Source of the DNA: Sedimentisphaerales bacterium
GTDB taxonomy: Bacteria > Planctomycetota > Phycisphaerae > Sedimentisphaerales > Anaerobacaceae
Direction of reading: 5' to 3'
Assembly (NCBI GenBank): GCA_049510335.1
Contig: JBEKZA010000005.1
Span: 10,763 to 74,762, forward strand
DNA length: 64,000 bases
Shown here one piece after another: positions 59,830-64,000 of this stretch. The notes under the pieces were generated by a model. It did no database searches. It saw only the letters and a list, made by a program, of their open reading frames with translations, and was not told the DNA's origin. The position numbers and the translations under genes are program-made. How positions within the stretch are numbered: position 1 is the stretch's first letter; the number at the start of each line of letters is the position of its first letter.

Positions 59830-60483
59830 TCAAAAATTGTTATGTGGAAGATGGTTAACAGGGCACCCGCTGCATTTGGGAGCGGGCCTGCAAAAATCCT
59901 TGCCCAAGTGGACCAAAAGGGCGTGATATTCGTTAAACAATTTAATATCGGAGGGGAGGTTCGATTCGAATAGCTCCTGAATCTGGTGGTAATCGGCCCC
60001 TTCATCAATCAGATGATGGCGAAAAGCGATACGAGCGGTGTAGGCATCGACAACAAAGACAGGTCTATTGAGGGCGTAAAGTAGAATCGAGTCAGCGGTT
60101 TCGGGGCCAATGCCTTTTATGCTTAGAAGTTGTTGACGCAGCTCAGCGGTGGGGACATTTTCGAGATTTTCCAGTTTGCCCGCGTAATTTTCGAAAAGCC
60201 AGTCGAGGAAGTTTTTCAGACGCTTCGCCTTTATATTGTAGTAGCCCGCGGGTCGAATCAATTCCGCGAGTTGTTTGATATCAAGCTTGTGCAGCTCATT
60301 GGGCGACAACACCTTAGCTTTTTTAAGATTAGTGATTGCCTTTTCGACGTTGGTCCAGTTTGTGTTCTGTGTGAGGATTGCGCCGATGATAACTTCAAAT
60401 GGCGTATCCCCCGGCCACCATTTCTGTGGCCCGAATCGGGAAAAGAGCAGGTCGTAAATTTCTTTCAACTGTTCAGATAGCAT
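59830..60483 (-). CDS. Endonuclease III-related HhH-GPD protein
   Basis: HhH LLSIKGIGPETADSILLYAL, downstream VVDAYT Asp, C-terminal FCRPAPKCSGCPV cluster. Confidence 0.8.
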   Translation of the reverse strand: MLSEQLKEIYDLLFSRFGPQKWWPGDTPFEVIIGAILTQNTNWTNVEKAITNLKKAKVLSPNELHKLDIKQLAELIRPAGYYNIKAKRLKNFLDWLFENYAGKLENLENVPTAELRQQLLSIKGIGPETADSILLYALNRPVFVVDAYTARIAFRHHLIDEGADYHQIQELFESNLPSDIKLFNEYHALLVHLGKDFCRPAPKCSGCPVNHLPHNNF

Positions 60484-60500
60484 CGCGGTGAGATTATAAA

Positions 60501-60532
60501 GTCGTTAGTCGTTAGTAGATAGTCGTTAGTAG
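60501..60532. repeat. Short direct repeats (GTCGTTAGT-type, three copies) in the nth-like/groEL divergent intergenic region
   Basis: GTCGTTA GTCGTTAGTAG ATA GTCGTTAGTAG, read directly from the sequence. Confidence 0.6.
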
Positions 60533-60739
60533 CACGAACCTGTCATAATGGCTATTGCGCTGCCAAAACTGGTTTGCACAGGAAGGGCAGTCAAACGCGG
60601 ATTCGACTTAACTTGTTATATTAAAAGGAATTAGGGAAATGGCTGGCATTATTGACATCGCTGGTATATGATTTGCGGGATTCGTGAGGGTTTCTACCGA
60701 AATCAGGCAAGGTTTTGATATTGATAAGGAGTGCAGGCA

Positions 60740-62419
60740 ATGGCGGTGAAACAATTGGCGTTCGATGTTGAGGCCCGACGGGCATTATTGAGGGGCGTGG
60801 AGAAATTAGCGGCGGCGGTGAAGGCAACACTTGGGCCGAGAGGACGAAACGCAATCATCGACAAAAGCTGGGGCGGACCAACCGTTACCAAAGACGGCGT
60901 GACAGTCGCCGAGGAAATCGACCTGCTCGACAAAAACGAAAATATGGGCGCAAAATTGGTGAAGGAAGCGGCCAGCAAGACCTCGAAAATAGCGGGCGAT
61001 GGAACGACTACCGCGACGGTGCTGACCGAGGCGATGTATAAGGAGGCGTTTCGCAACATCGCGGCGGGAGCCGACGTGATGTCGCTTAATCGCGGGATGC
61101 AGGAAGCGTCAAAGGCGGTGGTGGAGCGTCTCAAGACGCTGGTCAAGCCAGTGGACATCAGCCAGAGAACGGACATCGTCAATGTCGCTTCGATATCCGC
61201 CAACAACGACACTGAAATCGGCAACAAGATGGCTGACGCGTTTCAGCGGGTCGGCAAAGATGGCGTGATAACGATTGAAGACGGCAAGGGGCTGGCAACA
61301 ACGGTGGATTTTGTGGAGGGTATGCAGTTCGACAGGGGGTATTTGTCGCCTCATTTCGTGACCAATCCCGATAGTATGACCTGCGAGCTGGAAAAGCCCC
61401 TGATACTGGTTTATGAGGATAAAATCAGCAGCGTGGCGAAGTTGGTGCCTTTGCTGGAAAAAGCTGCCAAATCCAAACGGGCTCTATTGATTATCGCCGA
61501 AGACGTTGAGAGCGAGGCGCTGGCGACACTGGTAGTCAACAAACTCAAGGGGATTATACATTGCGTCGCTGTGAAAGCGCCTGGATACGGCGACAGACGC
61601 AAGGCGATGCTGGAGGATATCGCGATACTGACCGGTGCCGAGCCGATATTCAAGGATTTGGGTATCGAGCTTGAGAACATAAGCGTCAAGCAACTGGGCC
61701 AGGCCAAAAAGGTGACGATAGACGGCGACAACACGATTATCGTCGAGGGCGCCGGAGACGAGAGCGCCGTTAAGGGCCGGATTAAGCAGATACAGGATGA
61801 GATAGAGAGAACCACCAGCGATTACGACAAGGAAAAACTGCAGGAACGTTTAGCCAAATTGACGGGAGGCGTAGCGCAGATAAACGTCGGCGGCGTCAGC
61901 GAGGCGGAAATGAAGGAGCGCAAGGCGCGGATAGAAGACGCGCTTCACGCGACGCGGGCGGCGATAGAAGAAGGCATAGTGCCGGGCGGCGGCGTGGCGT
62001 TGATTCGCTGCATCGATGCCGTGAAACAATTAAAATTAACCGGCGACGAAAAAACCGGCGCCGACATCGTCGCCAAATCGCTGTCGATGCCGTGCTACTG
62101 GATAGCGGCCAACGCCGGAGCCACAGCCAACCTGGTTGTCAGCAAGGTATCGCAAGGCAAGGGCGCTTTTGGCTATAACGCTGATACCGATACCTACGAG
62201 GACCTGATGAAGGCGGGAGTGATTGACCCCCTGAAGGTGACAAGAATTGCCCTGCAGAACGCCGTCAGCATTGCGGGACTATTACTTACAACGGATTGCG
62301 TCATCACCGAAAAGCCGCAGGATAAAAAAGAAGGACATCAGCACCCCGGCATGGGCGGCATGGGAGGAATGGGGGGCGGTATGGGCGGCATGGGTGGTAT
62401 GGACGATTACGGAATGTAG
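60740..62419 (+). CDS. groEL: Chaperonin GroEL (copy 1, with a GGM-repeat tail)
   Basis: [59 protein letters not shown], and the tail [18 protein letters not shown]. Confidence 0.95.
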   Translation: MAVKQLAFDVEARRALLRGVEKLAAAVKATLGPRGRNAIIDKSWGGPTVTKDGVTVAEEIDLLDKNENMGAKLVKEAASKTSKIAGDGTTTATVLTEAMYKEAFRNIAAGADVMSLNRGMQEASKAVVERLKTLVKPVDISQRTDIVNVASISANNDTEIGNKMADAFQRVGKDGVITIEDGKGLATTVDFVEGMQFDRGYLSPHFVTNPDSMTCELEKPLILVYEDKISSVAKLVPLLEKAAKSKRALLIIAEDVESEALATLVVNKLKGIIHCVAVKAPGYGDRRKAMLEDIAILTGAEPIFKDLGIELENISVKQLGQAKKVTIDGDNTIIVEGAGDESAVKGRIKQIQDEIERTTSDYDKEKLQERLAKLTGGVAQINVGGVSEAEMKERKARIEDALHATRAAIEEGIVPGGGVALIRCIDAVKQLKLTGDEKTGADIVAKSLSMPCYWIAANAGATANLVVSKVSQGKGAFGYNADTDTYEDLMKAGVIDPLKVTRIALQNAVSIAGLLLTTDCVITEKPQDKKEGHQHPGMGGMGGMGGGMGGMGGMDDYGM

Positions 62420-62464
62420 CAACAGATAGAAGACAGAAAACAAAGGACTAAAAGGAGATTTGGT

Positions 62465-62755
62465 ATGAAACTGGTGCCATTGGATGACAGGGTAGTGATA
62501 AAGCAGTCGGAAGCGGAAGAGAAAAGCGCGGGCGGAATTATATTGCCGGATGCGGCCAAAGAAAAACCCCAAAAGGGCAAGGTCATTGCCGCAGGCCCCG
62601 GCAAAATGACCGACGAAGGCAAGCGAATCCAGATGAGCGTGAAAAAAGGCGACGAGGTCATATACTCGAAATACATCGGCAACGAAGTTGAAATTGACGG
62701 CGAGAAATACGTGATACTGCACGAAACCGACGTGCTGGGAGTGATTGAAAAGTAA
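62465..62755 (+). CDS. groES: Co-chaperonin GroES
   Basis: MKLVPLDDRVVIK...GGIILPD...GKVIAAGPG..., 96 aa. Confidence 0.95.
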   Translation: MKLVPLDDRVVIKQSEAEEKSAGGIILPDAAKEKPQKGKVIAAGPGKMTDEGKRIQMSVKKGDEVIYSKYIGNEVEIDGEKYVILHETDVLGVIEK

Positions 62756-62808
62756 ATTGCTGATTGACTATTTTAAGAAACGACGGAAGAAATTGAGAGG
62801 CGGAAAAT

Positions 62809-64000
62809 ATGGCGAAGCAAATGATGTTTGATGACGCGGCCAGGGCTCAGCTTAAAGTGGGATTGTCGGAGCTGGCAAACGCGGTGAAGGTGACGCTTGG
62901 ACCGACGGGCAAGAACGTGATACTGAATAAAAGCTGGGGCTCGCCGAAAATAACAAAAGACGGCGTCAGCGTCAGCAAGGAAATCGAATTGCCGCAGCCG
63001 TTCCAGAATATGGGCGCAAAAATGGTCAACCAGGCGGCCAGCAAAACCGCCGATGAGGTCGGCGACGGAACAACCACCGCTACCATACTGGCCGAGGCGA
63101 TATATACCGAAGGTCTCAAGCACGTCACCGCTGGCGTCAACCCGATGGCGATTCAGCGAGGCATAACAAAGGCCGTCGAGGTGGTCGGCAAGTTCGTCAA
63201 GTCGATTTCGACGCCCGTGAAAGGCCGTGAGGATATCGCCAAGGTCGCGACCATCAGCGCAAATAACGACCGCACCGTCGGAGAGCTGCTTGCCGACGCG
63301 ATGGATAAGGTCGGCAAGGAAGGCGTGATAGAAATAGAAGAAGGCAAAGGGATGGAAAACGAGGTCAGCGTCGTCGAGGGGATGCAGTTCGACCGCGGGT
63401 ACATTTCGCCTTACTTTATGACCAATATGGAGACGCTGGAGTGCGTCTTGGAAGACGCTTATATCCTGCTGCACGAGAAAAAACTGTCGAACGTGCGGGA
63501 GTTGATACCGCTGTTGGAAAAAATTGCCAGCGTGGGCCGCCCCATACTGATTGTGGCCGAAGACGTGGAAGGTGAAGCCCTTGCCGCGCTGGTAATCAAC
63601 CGGCTGCAGGGCGTGCTGAAGGTCTGCGTCGTGAAGGCGCCGGGCTTCGGCGACAGACGCAAGGCGATGCTCCAGGATATGGCTATTCTGACCGGCGGAG
63701 AGGTAATCAGCGAGGACCTCGGCATAAAATTGGAAAAAATTGAGCTTTCGCAGTTGGGCCGCGCGACGAAAATCGTCGTGGACAAGGAAGCAACCACGCT
63801 AATCGAAGGCGCAGGCAAAAAGAAAGATATTCAGGCGCGGTGTGACCAGATACGCAGCCAGATAGAAAAGACCACCAGCACCTACGACAAGGAGAAACTG
63901 CAGGAACGATTGGCCAAACTGACCGGCGGCGTCGCTGTGATAAAGGCGGGCGCGGCAACTGAAACTGAAATGAAAGAGAAGAAGGACTTGCTCGACGATG
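62809..64000 (+). CDS. groEL: Chaperonin GroEL (copy 2), 5' part only, running off the window end
   Basis: My own translation from ATG 62809 gives [61 protein letters not shown]...[13 protein letters not shown]. Absent from the ORF track because it is open-ended. The listed minus-strand ORFs here are shadows. Confidence 0.93.
   Translation, partial: MAKQMMFDDAARAQLKVGLSELANAVKVTLGPTGKNVILNKSWGSPKITKDGVSVSKEIELPQPFQNMGAKMVNQAASKTADEVGDGTTTATILAEAIYTEGLKHVTAGVNPMAIQRGITKAVEVVGKFVKSISTPVKGREDIAKVATISANNDRTVGELLADAMDKVGKEGVIEIEEGKGMENEVSVVEGMQFDRGYISPYFMTNMETLECVLEDAYILLHEKKLSNVRELIPLLEKIASVGRPILIVAEDVEGEALAALVINRLQGVLKVCVVKAPGFGDRRKAMLQDMAILTGGEVISEDLGIKLEKIELSQLGRATKIVVDKEATTLIEGAGKKKDIQARCDQIRSQIEKTTSTYDKEKLQERLAKLTGGVAVIKAGAATETEMKEKKDLLDD

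Noticed and set aside
60484-60739. Looked for a CIRCE/HrcA operator and a clear sigma70 or sigma32 promoter upstream of groEL copy 1
   Set aside because: No TTAGCACTC-N9-GAGTGCTAA-like dyad is present. The TTGACA at about 60647 lacks a properly spaced -10. Only the short direct repeats were retained as an observation.
62349-62403. Tandem 9-12 nt DNA repeats (ggcatgggcggcatgggaggaatg...)
   Set aside because: This is not a CRISPR array or VNTR locus. It encodes the canonical GGM-repeat C-terminal tail of GroEL.
62773-63958. Minus-strand ORFs 62773..63474, 63459..63818 and 63707..63958
   Set aside because: They are antisense to the open-ended second groEL, which the ORF track omits because it has no stop in the window.

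Overview
This 64 kb window is a gene-dense bacterial chromosomal segment with mid-50s % GC by eye and a few visibly AT-richer genes. All calls come from reading the sequence and the ORF translations. No database search was run.

Most of the window is housekeeping:
- Translation, RNA and chaperones: typA/bipA, ssrA (tmRNA), a Sua5/TsaC fusion, and a groEL-groES-groEL cluster.
- Cell envelope: lpxB and ftsW-murG.
- Core metabolism: rpiB, leuD-leuB, ribBA, ispG, a PPi-type phosphofructokinase, gnd and a fused NfnAB-like oxidoreductase.

Interspersed are secreted degradative enzymes:
- a GH51 arabinofuranosidase;
- a GH5-CBM6-PA14 enzyme;
- a clan GH-A-like hydrolase;
- an S8 subtilase;
- a large multidomain C10 (streptopain-like) peptidase.

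Three of these carry C-terminal dockerin-type repeats, yet no cohesin or scaffoldin is visible. There is also a GldA/F/G-type ABC operon with a DUF4340 gene, and a TolC-like gene. Gene content suggests a Planctomycetota/PVC-like polysaccharide degrader, but that is inference only.

I found no CRISPR array, transposase, integrase, prophage or recognisable defence system.

The best candidate for something undescribed is a three-gene secreted module at about 55.1-59.1 kb. It encodes a TPR-like protein, a hyper-cysteine-rich protein whose start overlaps the end of the TPR gene, and an AT-rich secreted protein of unknown function. It sits behind an AT-rich promoter region with two inverted repeats.

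Other points worth follow-up:
- an SD-sequestering helix in the leader of a PilZ gene;
- a Sua5/LMW-phosphatase fusion beside rpiB;
- a LarA-like gene embedded in a pfp-HAD-larA-gnd cluster;
- a DRG-like GTPase with deviant G motifs;
- an S8 protease in which the catalytic-Asp motif reads Cys.
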